Both the position numbers and the translations under genes were made by a program. Positions 52,450-64,000 of a stretch of 64,000 nucleotides of DNA are shown here, piece by piece (within the stretch, counting starts at the first letter, position 1; every line of letters starts with the position of its first letter). Where the stretch lies: positions 120,404,001 through 120,468,000 of the forward strand of contig OX597814.1 in assembly GCA_951406725.2 (NCBI GenBank). The letters are read 5' to 3'. The stretch comes from Octopus vulgaris. Taxonomy: Eukaryota. The notes under the pieces are model-generated. The model saw only the letters and a program-made list of their open reading frames with translations, was not told where the DNA came from and did not search any database.

Positions 52450-53458
52450 CAAGTATATTTGTTTATATGTAGGAAGGTATGTATTTATGCAGTATATATC
52501 TTTAAACGTATGTGTATATGCGCGCATGTGTGTGTGCATGTGAGTCTGTATGTGTTTGTATGTGTGTGAGTTTGTGAAGAAACAGCTCTCGCTACATTTG
52601 CAGCTGCAGGATTACTGCATAGTCAATCATTGGTGGTGTCATACATCTATTGTAATCTAGATTGCCTGAGGCAGTAGCGAGAGAATTGTCCCACACACAA
52701 AGGCAATATCTCATTGTAACTCTTACGCTTTGTGAATTTGCTAGGTATTCAGAAAATGAATATACTGCATATGATTTAATTTGTATTCACGCAAACCCAA
52801 ACGCACACACAATTCCTCATGTATACACACGTACACATTTAGTCATATATTTCGCGTATACATATCACACTATATATTAAATATTTTTCTAACGCCTTAC
52901 AGAAGAATGTGCATTCCCTCATCCCTTACATAATCCACAAAATGCATAGTTTCTAATTCACATTTGTTCTAAAACTTCAGAAAGAAAATAAATACTCGTA
53001 GGTGTGCATAACTGCTTAATAAGGTCGACTGGAAACCATTACGTGGCGCTATTATTGAACAAATAACCTGCAGTATACATTCGCCCAACCAAATACTTGT
53101 GAGTGTGTTTGCAATATATATGCTAGTGAATATGTAATCACAGCAAAGAGAGACGCATATATAACAGATGCACGCCACACACACACACCTACTTACTGAA
53201 GTCGCTAAATAGCCAAACCCACTTTCTAGACAGATCGCCACCACAAATATCCTGCCCTTGCACGTGGTTCTCGGATTTCAAATCGGAATACAATCTTAGA
53301 ATTGATGTCGATATCATATTGGTAAACATCTTGTGACCTGCGTTGACCAATAGCAGCCCAACATCCATAAACCATTCTGGACATGTCTCATTTGGCATCT
53401 ACGAGCCTGAAGAAATTTCAAGTTTCGTCAAACAGAATAAAAACTTTTACGAAATAAA

Positions 53459-53459
<1 letters not shown>

Positions 53460-53554
<95 letters not shown>

Positions 53555-53565
53555 GTCTCTATCTA
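53460..53565. repeat. (TCTA)n tetranucleotide repeat (also (GATA)n at 42020-42075, 50490-50565, 61030-61080, 61840-61923)
   Basis: Seen directly. Confidence 0.97.
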
Positions 53566-53605
53566 TCGTATTAGTATAGCGCTCAGGAATAGAAATAGAA
53601 AAAGC

Positions 53606-53641
53606 CTTTTACGTTTCGAGCCTACGCTCTTCGACAGAAAG
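53606..53641 (-). ncRNA. Zero-loop hammerhead variant (A6U) in a pLTR fragment at 53568-53705
   Basis: CUUU-CUGUCGA-A-GAGC-GUAG-GCUC-GAAAC-GUA|AAAG. Confidence 0.5.
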
Positions 53642-53703
53642 ATACACAGAGAAAAAACAAGGAGAGAAACAAGGAGAGAAAAAATTGCGCGTAAGAGCTA
53701 ACG

Positions 53704-53761
<58 letters not shown>

Positions 53762-54226
53762 CTGTGTATTTGGTGTGTTTATGTCCATCGGTATCGTTCG
53801 TTTACATACATAAAAATAGAATAAGTACCACATTTTAAATAATTACATTAGTTTGTTCAACTATCATTAAACGGTGATACTTTTCTATGACGGTAGTCCA
53901 ATGATTGCAACAAACAAAAGTGTGTAAATCTATCGCATACATAGACAGATTGTACGTAGGTAATGTTCACTGTGAAAGCATCATAAATAACTTTGTGGCA
54001 TCCTATGATGTATACGGATAGATGTTTGAGAAATAAGAATAATGATTGCAATGGATTATATTTTTTGATATACACAAAGCAACATGGAATAATTTAACAA
54101 GCAGTAGTAAACCACAACGTCTTCTTTTTGAGTCATTCAAATATTATGGACATGAATATACAACAGTTACACCTTTTGAATGGAGTATAGGTATAAACAC
54201 ACAACCACCTTTATACAGACAGTGAA

Positions 54227-54298
<72 letters not shown>

Positions 54299-54454
54299 TA
54301 AATTTATCTAGTGTCTTAGAAATATGAAAAATTATATAGCCTAAAATTGGAATGCCCGGTGGTTTATTCTTAATTCCCAGTAAAATGTATGTAGTAAAAT
54401 GCGGACATGATGAAAAATAATAATTACAATCACTGTCGGTTTTTAAGTTTTTGT

Positions 54455-54625
54455 AAAAAAGAGCATACATGATATCCTTTTAACCTGTCGGCATAAGATT
54501 TTGTCATAGTAAGGATTTTCCATTTAATATTGCAGCTGATGTCCTCGACATTAAGGTTCCAGATTAATTCCGGGAGATTTGTTGGATGCCTATTTTCTGG
54601 GTCTATAAAGGCTGAAAGAAGATTG
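54455..54625 (-). pseudogene. Old Penelope GIY-YIG C-terminal fragment
   Basis: SAFIDPENRHPTNLPELIWNLNVEDISCNIKWKILTMTKSY aligns by eye with the other two GIY-YIG remnants. Confidence 0.65.
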
Positions 54626-55234
54626 ATATATATATACATACATATTCAATAACATTTTTACTTACGGATTGTAATCACAGGAATTCTCCTCCCCCTAATA
54701 TATTTGCCGATATATAGGTATATGTGTGTTTGTGCATGCGCGGTTTGAAACGTTGGTTATTTTCTGATATTTTCAGAGCTTTGGTCACCGGTGCTTCGAA
54801 AGTCCTCGTTTCGAGTTATCGTCATTTCTATTGCTGTTTCTGCTGTTACCACCTTTCTGTTTTCCCCGTATTCTTTCCCAAAGACTGCTGTAAAATGACT
54901 CTTAAGGAAAGCAAAAAATGTTTAGCATTTCAACAGCTACAAGTGAATATAGTCTAACAAATAACCGAATATTAGATATTGAACTTTCATGGACATAATA
55001 TGTCTTCTAGTAACAGAAGCATCTGAATTTAAGGAAAGGTTTTAATTCAGTACAGCTTTAAGGAAATTGTTGAAACATGAATTTTTAATAGTATGTATGT
55101 AAATGACTTATTTTTTCATGAAATTCAGTAGGAAATGTCTAATTTCATAATATTTCAGTTCTAAATGTTATCAAACAGAGCGCAGTCACCATGGTGGCTA
55201 AAAACGAAATTAAGTACTAAAATTAAATGTTCAA

Positions 55235-55450
55235 GGTGGTGAGTTGGAATAATCGATAGCACGCTGGACAAAATGCTTGGCGGCAAGTCATCTGTGTTTA
55301 TGTTCTGTGTTCCAATTCCGTTGAGGTCGACTTTACCTTTAATCCTTTCGGAGTCAATAAAATAAGTACAAGTTGAGACTAAGATCGACGAAATCGTCTC
55401 ATCCCCTTCTCTCAAACTTGCTGGCATTGTGTCAAAATGTGAAAGCAATA
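55235..55450 (+). mobile_element. SINE family B, diverged
   Basis: gaggtcgactttacctttaatcctttcggagtcaataaaataagtac core. Confidence 0.75.
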
Positions 55451-57059
55451 TTAAATGTTCCGTATTTATTTTTATAAATAACAATTTTCTGCTTATTATC
55501 TATTTTCTGAACACTACTCTAAATGTCAAAATCTAGTTTATAGATTTCAATATTTCTGCTTCTTAAATGACAGCAGAAAGTGGAAATCAAGTAAAGTACT
55601 ATGGTAATGTATTTGAAAGTAATTAGCAGATCAAAAACGACTCTGTAAAACGCTAGAAGAACAGAAACGTGTTTCACTATCTAAGATTAACTATATCAAA
55701 TATTAATATAGTAATATGTCTGTTGTCTATTGCCGGAATAGTGCGCCAGAAAATTATTTTCTTTAGAATAACCTATCTGTCTACATGTGTACACACATAC
55801 ACACACACATATAAATACATATACATAAATATACAGCTACAGCCATAAGCACATCATAATAACAAATCATCATTTGTATATGCGCATGATTCTGTGCATA
55901 ATGAGGCGTCCTGACATATAAATAGTGCACTTTAAATATATCTTTTTAAAATTTATTAAACCTGAAAGATATTTAAAAATTGTTTTTGTATTTATGTATT
56001 ATATGGCTTTTAAAATAACAAGAAACTGAATTAAAATACACCGTTCTAGCTTCATATAAATAAACAAGCGCCTTCAGAAAATATATTGATCCACTTCAAA
56101 TATTAACAGCAATTATTATTTTAATTCCAACGCACGTAAATGTTTACACTTGGAACAAAAATACATTCGGTGGTTCAATCTTGTTTTGAAAATAAATAGA
56201 TATCCTATATATAAATAGATATCCTATATATATATATAAACGCAGGGGATATCTACACACACGTATACACGCAGACTGATACACAGACACAGACACAGAC
56301 ACAGAAGACAGACAAACAGATACACACACAGAAGCGCACCTGTGTATATATATGTGTGTGTGTATGTGTGTGTGTGTGTGTGTGTGTGCACATACACCAA
56401 TCTGCATCTGCATGAGTGAGAATGAGAGCGATTAGGAAAGAAATTCAGTACTATGAGAAAATTCGGTGGAAATAATAGATTTTAAAAACGAAATTTCAGT
56501 GTTTGAATAATGGTTTACTTAATTTTCCAAAGTGTCAGGGATGAATTGAACATGTGCTCCTAATGATATTGAGTAAAATAAAGAAGAAATCTCGTGAAGA
56601 TCCGACAATCAAATGAATTAATCTGCCACTTTTTCCGCTTGGTATTTACATCGTGTCGTACACGAACGCCTGGGGGTTACATGTGATATAACATTTGATT
56701 GACGACGAAATATATACAAAAAAACTTGATGCTCTTAAGTCCGACCGATCAATGTTATTTGGAATATTAATCTGTTGACCTTGGATGAAAGTAGCGAGCG
56801 ATGATTTCACAGCAAATGGTGGTATCAGAGCGGTGCAAAGGGAAAGTTATCTTTCATGTGAGAAATGACTTGCTTGTTGAGATTTATGATTGTTTCGAAG
56901 GTGGAGAAGGGAAAATATTTACTTGAAGAGCGGAAGGAAGAGGTTTATTACCAGGGTAATTGGAAATCTGTTGATATTCCATCAAGGATATGTCGAGTCT
57001 CCTTTAGATTGGAGTCCACAGATGTCACTGGAGAAGGACGGTAATTGTACATTGGATTA

Positions 57060-57250
57060 TGTTGTTTGTTCCCTCTCATGCCATGCCTGGCTCATAAAGA
57101 CCGGTTTCTCGGTTTCCTTGGCTTATAGGTTCCCCACCTGGATGGGAGGCCGGTCCGTCGGAGGTGAGCTGCAAGATGCAGAAGGAAAGAATGAGAGAAA
57201 GTTGTGGCGAAAGAGTAAGCAGAAGTTCGCCATTACCTTCTGCCGGGGAA
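57060..57250 (-). mobile_element. SINE family C, 3' part
   Basis: Matches 29293-29470. Confidence 0.8.
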
Positions 57251-59289
57251 GTAAGAAATACGCATAAACCCTGATGTGAAAACTCATATTACATTCATTT
57301 TTAAGATTTCCGATCTTGAAATTATGTCTGCCTCTTTTTCCATTGCCTATCAAATGTCTTCAATTTTTCTTAACCAATTCCTTCACAAAGAATTATTTTT
57401 GGCCGTCTGAACTACATCAAAATTTTGCGTATTTATCGAAGCAGATCACGCATGTCTCCCGCGTCTTCTTGCGAGTGTGACCATGTTTGTGCATGTGTAT
57501 TGCAATGTAAATGTATCGCAATGTAAGTATCAATGTGTTTCTTTAGTACATAATCACATAAATGTACTTTTGACAATCACAGGAAAGGCAGAATATCAGA
57601 TCGCTCTCAATGTGTAACAGTTTATGTTGATGATGCTCATTATTTGCTTTAGTAGTTGTTGTTGTTGTTATTAACATAGTGTATTGTTATGTCGCACGTT
57701 CGGATGTCTTCTACTCAACTCCTCTGACTGCTACTCTGACTGCTACGCAACTCAGCTGTCCTGACATCTAGGCTTCTCCATCTATATCTACGTATTGGGC
57801 TAGCCTACTTCATCGTCTGGGGGCGTCCACACATGTATACGTTTAAAATTTCAGTTGGATAAATTAGCCATTACGTTTCTCTTGCATGAGGCAGCAAGTT
57901 ATGATTTGACGGATATTTGGCCGCAAATCTGCGTCTAATTACAAGCTTTATTGTTTAAGGTTTGTTTTCAGATATTGCTTATGTATGTTTTGGAGAGTTT
58001 CACTTAAAAGGGCATTGGTTATATGCCTTCTCTATACTAAGGTTGATATAGAATTAATAAATATATTTGTTTTAAGGAAATTCTCACAAATGGATATTGG
58101 CTGTCTGGAAATTATAGCATTCGTTTGTGTGTAATGAAGTAAAGATTATTCCTGCTACATTGAAAAATAGGTTAGCTAATTATTTCTTTATTAATCAAGC
58201 AGAATGAAACGTGACTTAGGAAGTCATCCTAGAACGAAATTTGGCGACGTCTATCGGAGGCTATGAAATGAGTGTACATCACGATCAGGTCCATAATGAT
58301 TATTTGTTCAACAATTTAAACTAGAGATAAATGTTTAAACAAAATCACTGATAAAGCCATCTGTCTTTCGAATATATGAATGTTTATACACATTATTTAA
58401 ATTTTGCAACAGATAATGTCTCCTGGCTAAAGACACTGACAATCTAAGAATTTCTACAGAACAATAAACAAATAGGAGTCGAACAAATATTTTTAGACTG
58501 GAATGGAAGCTGATTTTGAGAAGAGAATAAAGAATGTGGGAAATGTATTTATACGAGTTATGCACAGTCATTCAAAGCAAATATTTATCAAGCAATTCGC
58601 AAGAAACTATTCACTACTGTGACATCTGCTTTTATGCGATTTTTTTTCAAAGGACAGGGAGAGGGAATGAGAGAGAGAGAGATAGACAGACAGAGTAAAA
58701 GACAGTGAAAAATTTAAACATTGATTAGCGAAAGAAAATAGCAGGGGAAAGATGCTACATTTAATTTAATTATTTATTTGTATGCGGTATCTAAAGAACT
58801 TTGAGAAATTTTCTCACATTAGCATTAGTTTCAAAATGTGTTATGTTCTTCAAAATAGTTTTAAACGGTGATTATTGACAAAATTTGCGTAAATACAGAC
58901 ACCTAAAGAAGACAAAAATACTCTCTTACGGATGTCTGTAATAGTTTTTAGTAAGTGTTATACGAATATATACTCAAGATTTATTTACGAAAACATTTTT
59001 GAACCTAACAACTATTTGATAAATTATTTTTTCCAGAACTGTGCAAAAAATCTTTGTTTCAAATATTTGATTAAAAAATTTACGTTCATTGCGGTTAATT
59101 ATTGTTTGACTATATATCGGTTGGTTTCCGGACGAAAACCTTTACCCACAATTCCCTTCGGGGGAGTAAGGTAGTTCTTAGTTTCTTGGACATGGGAAAC
59201 TCAGATCTTTCACTATTGACACGATTTGGCTCCGAAGTCTACCGGGTTACGTTGGTATCACAGTGTTAAACATAGCATACGTAAAAAAA

Positions 59290-59930
59290 ATCATGCAAGC
59301 GATTATAGCGATGATAGCGTGGACGTCAACTACGATGATGATTACGACAATGAAGATGACGATGCTTATCATGGTGGCCATGACGACGATGACAACGACG
59401 AAGATGATGTTGACGATGATTGTAACAATTATTTTTATTTATGTGCCATTTCCAAGCCTAGCCAGATTCATGGGCCCGGTTTCCCAGTTTCTGTGGCGTA
59501 TGTGTTCCCCCCAGCTGGACGGGACGCCAGTCCATCTCAGCGTTACCCAAAACAGAGGAAGAAAGAGTGAGAGAAAGTTGGGGCGAAAGAGTACAACAGT
59601 GGTTGCCACCCACTTCCTGCCGGAGCCTCGTGTTTTCACTCGATAAACACTCACAACGCCCGGTCTGGGAATCGAAACTGCGATCCTCCAGCTACGAGTC
59701 TGCTGCCCTAACCGCTGGACCATTGCGCCTCCACGATTGTAACAATGATAAGGACGATAATAATGAAGACGACAACGACGACGATGATGATCGTGATCAT
59801 GGTGATCATGACGAAGGTGACATGAGGATGATGTTGACGATAATAGCAACACTGATGAGGATGATGATGACAACGACGACGGCAATGACGATCACAACGA
59901 CGAAAATTCTCTTGGTCATAGCGACGAACA
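59290..59930. repeat. Degenerate (GAT/GAC)n tract split by a SINE
   Basis: Seen directly; explains the Asp-rich and Met/Thr-rich ORFs. Confidence 0.85.
59430..59734 (-). mobile_element. Full-length SINE family C variant
   Basis: A and B boxes, GGACTGGCGTCCCGTCCAG domain, 12-bp TSD GATTGTAACAAT (59418-59429, 59735-59746). Confidence 0.88.
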
Positions 59931-60349
59931 TGCTGTCATAAATGGTGAGTATTTAAAGTAATAATTACGACAGTCATACTCACAAGTCGTTATTGCTTGA
60001 TCTTAATCCGTAACTTGGTCAACAACTTAATCTGACTGCTGTGTACCATGAAGAGAATAAAAATAGTTTTCAATGATAACATTGAATCATATTGAATATA
60101 GATGGCCAAAATTAATATAGAATTAGAACTGAAGTTTAAATCGTATTATAAGCAATAAGACAAGAATTAACTTCAATCTGACCACCGTATACTAGAATTA
60201 TTTGCAGACTGGCTGTCGATATAAACTGTCTCTCAGCATTAAGGACATAGTATATATAATTAGTATATTGCTCTTCATTATGACAATTTCTATTGCGTAA
60301 TTAAATCAATCAACAATGAAAATAGGTCATTTTGCTCGAAATTCATTAC

Positions 60350-60469
60350 TAATGTATGCTTTTAGTCATTTGATAATAATGCTTCCGAATCCCATGCTTC
60401 CTGGGTAAGTCCCACTGCAGGGCACCTTCGGCAGTGGATTTGATTGACACAAACTGAAAGAATCCCGTC

Positions 60470-60525
<56 letters not shown>

Positions 60526-60625
60526 ACCGACCAGACCATCAGATGTTGGTACACATCGCTGGTCACAATGCGTTCGCATTGTTTTAGCCTTCGAATGACG
60601 CCACCCCGCTGGCTAAGCGAGCAGG

Positions 60626-60678
<53 letters not shown>

Positions 60679-60910
60679 ATATGCATTGTATGCGCGCGTG
60701 TGTGTTTGTGTCTGTATCTCTATTTGTCCACACTGCCACTTGACAACCGATGTTCGTGTCTTTGCCTCCCCGTAATCATGTGGTTCAGTAAAAGAGAACG
60801 ATAGAATAATTAACTGGGTTTAAGAAATTCTCTGGTCGATTCGTTCGACTCATATTCTTCAAGGTGGTGCTCCAGCATGTCTGCAACCCAAGGACTTAAA
60901 TAAGAAAAAT
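60350..60910 (+). mobile_element. Diverged SINE family A with a 110-bp insert (60520-60628) in its (TA)n spacer
   Basis: Head and 3' body match family A; the GC-richer insert is bounded by (TA)n. Confidence 0.65.
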
Positions 60911-60915
60911 ATAAA

Positions 60916-61018
<103 letters not shown>

Positions 61019-61041
61019 AAGGGGGAGAGATAGATAGATAA

Positions 61042-61080
<39 letters not shown>

Positions 61081-61081
61081 T

Positions 61082-61834
61082 GTTTCTTTATTAGCCACAC
61101 AGGGCTGCACACAGATAGAACAAATTACAAGGTAGAGCTTTTCTTTTGAAGGTTTAAGAAAAAAAAAAAAAAAAAAAAAGAAAAAAGGAAGGGGGAGTTT
61201 CGATCAAAAGGGATCGTAAAAGGAGAGAAAGAGGACAAAAAAAGGGGGGTTTAAAAAAAGGGGGAGGAAAAAAATTGATCAATAGGGATCGTTATCACAG
61301 AAATGTCAATATGAAGTGTAAAGGGGAGGACAGGTGAGGTTTACCCGTGCAAAGAAAAGCCTACGGAAAAGACCACGGTAACCTCGGTCAATGATGTCAC
61401 ATTTTATATTTCTTTTTTTTTTTTTTTGCAAATAAGCAACTCTCTGTTTTCGATTTCTGGGTTCATAGGACTATGCTCAAGGTGGCTTCGTCATTCATAC
61501 GTGCCATTCTTGCTACATTCACCCATCTTTTTTTAAAACATTCGCTAGACAAAACTTGCCTCTCTACTCTCACTTTCCTTTTCAAGTGGTACTTGAAGAA
61601 GTTGATGAGAGATTGACCAGAGAGGAAAGTGTTTGTCTCCAATCCTTTCAGACGCGTCCACCAGATACATTCTTTCGCCATAGCCACAAGGATGATGAAA
61701 ATAGCTCTTCCTTCCCGTTTGAAGGAAGGAGGCGTGACAATATTGACGATAGACTCAGCTGATAAACCGACTCGTCCCACACGTGACAGCAGTTGTTCGA
61801 CATAAGCCCACAGGTCGGAAATTGTTGGACACTG
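61082..61834 (-). mobile_element. Second copy of the L1/Tx1 LINE 3' end, inserted in (GATA)n
   Basis: ORF 61463-61780 is almost identical to the C-terminus of 18268-19245 and supplies the unshifted end RWVNVARMARMNDEATLSIVL; same 3' UTR. Confidence 0.92.
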
Positions 61835-61837
61835 AAC

Positions 61838-61923
<86 letters not shown>

Positions 61924-63621
61924 GGATACGTATGTATGCATGTAGGTTTTTATGCGAAATGTATGCCAGTTTGTTTTAAATACATTTTCAGGAAATACCT
62001 CGACTCTGTTCTGTGAACATTACTAATCTTTCAATGCACGAACAAATAATTTTGTCCATCTTCTTCATATATTTATGATGCAAATTCTCAACAGAAATGA
62101 ATAGTATTATCGTGTCCAGAGGTAGCAGAGATTTTTCTTTTACTTGTGTCTACTTTGATTAAAATCGCATTTCTGTTTAATTCCATCTGGCTCTGCATCT
62201 TTGGCATCGATTACTGAATGATAATGACTTAAAGTAATTAGCGATGGTGAAATAGCGCGAAAGGTGTATGTCAATCTATTTAGCGTTAATGATTTTTAGA
62301 ATTCGTTAACTGCAAGTTACACGCTAAATGTCTCTCACCATTACTCTGTTATTTAGGGAAGAAACCTATTCAATGCTTTATAAAGAATATGTATATAATT
62401 GGAAATCACAACCGAAGCCAAATATATTCAATTAAGGAATTTCCTAACTTGAAGAAAATTTAGAGATTAAATGGGAAGGAAGCCTGAGACTTGCAATAAT
62501 TAAGCAATGACCACATATTATTTTGATTTTGAATCTCTTAATACTTTCTAATTTTACCTTGTAGCCCGTTTTAAGATAATATGATAACAATCTATGCCTG
62601 GTAGTCGTAGAACAAAACTGATCCTAAACTTGTAATTGGGAAATAGAGTAAGACGAAATATCTAAAATTTGGACAGATGTAAAGATAGGCAAAATGAGAA
62701 TAGTAGAAAAGATATAAAGCTTACATGTAGTGAGCAGAATGATGGGTTTTAAATCAATTTAGAAGACGCATTGGACTCTGGGTCGATAGGTAACACAATA
62801 ACAAAATGTTATAAAGAACTTGACCTTTGGACTTTATAATCGATAAATGTCTAAAACAGAGCCAACAGAGCCAGCAGAGAATAAGCTCAGTTCGAAGTTG
62901 AAGTATTTACATTTATCTATAGAGAACTGATTTTTTGTTTTTGTTTTTGTAGCAGATGGAAAAGACACAGCAATTATTACATAGTAGTGGTTCATTTCAT
63001 AGCTATCGTAACAGAACACAGAAGGAACAACATACAGTGTTACAGTTGGCAACGGTACCACTTTATTATTTTTATTTTTATATTAATAGAAATGGAACCT
63101 AATGAAACCGTGTTATTAATCTTACTACGAAAGTTATCATATATAATTATAGTCTTACTGATTATGAATAAATTATACATATCTAACTTACATAAATGAG
63201 TAATGACACGTTATAATTGTAAAGTCTTTAATTTTTAAGCTTTACGCTCTTTAATTATAGGGATACATACGTCAGGTCTTTCGCCAGCATGACTTATACT
63301 AGCATCGTTGTTAACTTGGTATTAGGATATGTATCTATACATGTGTGGCTGCGTGTGTGCGTTTATCTGTGTGTGTGTATGTGTGGTGGAGTAGGGCTTT
63401 GTGGATGTAAGAGTATACTAGTGAGTGCTGTGTATCTTAGTATAGTGCATGTAATGTTTATATAACCGGACAAATTCGGCAGTATAGTATGTAATCGGTG
63501 GGCATCTGTATGAAAGTCTCTATCAGAAGAGATGAAAGCAAGAGCGAGGATACTAGATCAATGGAATTTATGAAATAAATAGGACAATAACAGTGCTGTA
63601 AGGTGATATTTATGCGCAAGT

Positions 63622-63835
63622 AGGGCTGTGGGCTGGCAGAATCGTTAACATGCCGAGAAGAACGTGTCTCAGCATTTCGTCCGTCTTTTCGTTCTGAGTA
63701 CCAATTCCGCCGAGGTCGACTTAGACTTTCATATTAACGAGGTCGATAAAATAAGTACCAGTTGATGATTGGAGCTGATATAACCAACTCACCCCCGTCC
63801 GCGAAATTGCTGGCCTTGTGCCAAAAATTAAAACC
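63622..63835 (+). mobile_element. SINE family B monomer
   Basis: gctggcagaatcgttaac...aattccgccgaggtcgac...gtcgataaaataagtaccag. Confidence 0.8.
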
Positions 63836-63894
63836 AATACTTATGTACAAGTGTATCCGAAAAATGCGAATGCTCGGAAATGCCATTTTTCGCT

Positions 63895-64000
63895 TACTCT
63901 TTTACTTGTTTCAGTCATTTGACTGCGGCCATGCTGGAGCACCACCTTTAGTCGAGCAAATCGACCCCAGGACTTATTTTTGGAAGCCTAGTACTTATTC
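63895..64000 (-). mobile_element. SINE family A 3' end (runs off the window)
   Basis: ttttacttgtttcagtcatttgactgcggccatgctggagcacc. Confidence 0.88.

Noticed and set aside
53225-53385. Alternate-frame DVYQYDIDI resembling the Argonaute N-terminus
   Set aside because: A short match in a frame closed by stops on both sides, with no other Argonaute exons visible.
54724-54957. RALVTGASK motif resembling a short-chain dehydrogenase N-terminus
   Set aside because: The GIG that should follow is missing and the rest is not SDR-like.
59226-59941. Asp-rich and His/Ser-rich ORFs resembling biomineral or acidic proteins
   Set aside because: They come from a degenerate (GAT/GAC)n tract interrupted by a SINE with a clear TSD.

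Overview
AT-rich, microsatellite-saturated animal genomic DNA. The SINE families and dense (TA)n/(CA)n/(GATA)n tracts look like an octopus (coleoid cephalopod) intronic or intergenic region; this is recognition, not a database match. I cannot support any intact host protein-coding gene, and almost all listed ORFs are microsatellite translations. The real coding remnants are from transposons: a HERO-type RLE LINE (2.2-3.8 kb), two copies of an L1/Tx1 LINE 3' end, RTE and CR1-like fragments, three Penelope GIY-YIG fragments, a hAT element with 8-bp TSD and a mariner with TIRs. There are also Helitrons, two foldback MITEs and more than 20 tRNA-derived SINEs of three families. The most notable signal is about a dozen minimal type I hammerhead ribozyme motifs in Penelope-like terminal repeats. 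They carry different self-complementary stem III loops (GCGC, AUAU, AAUU, AGCU, GAUC, and a zero-loop ACGU variant), and several sit in elements with no coding capacity. Also notable are a complete 262-bp bipartite non-autonomous RTE with TSD, SINE dimers bounded by single TSDs, and a 653-bp foldback with divergent CTCF-like motifs. Coordinates were read by eye and may be off by a few bases.
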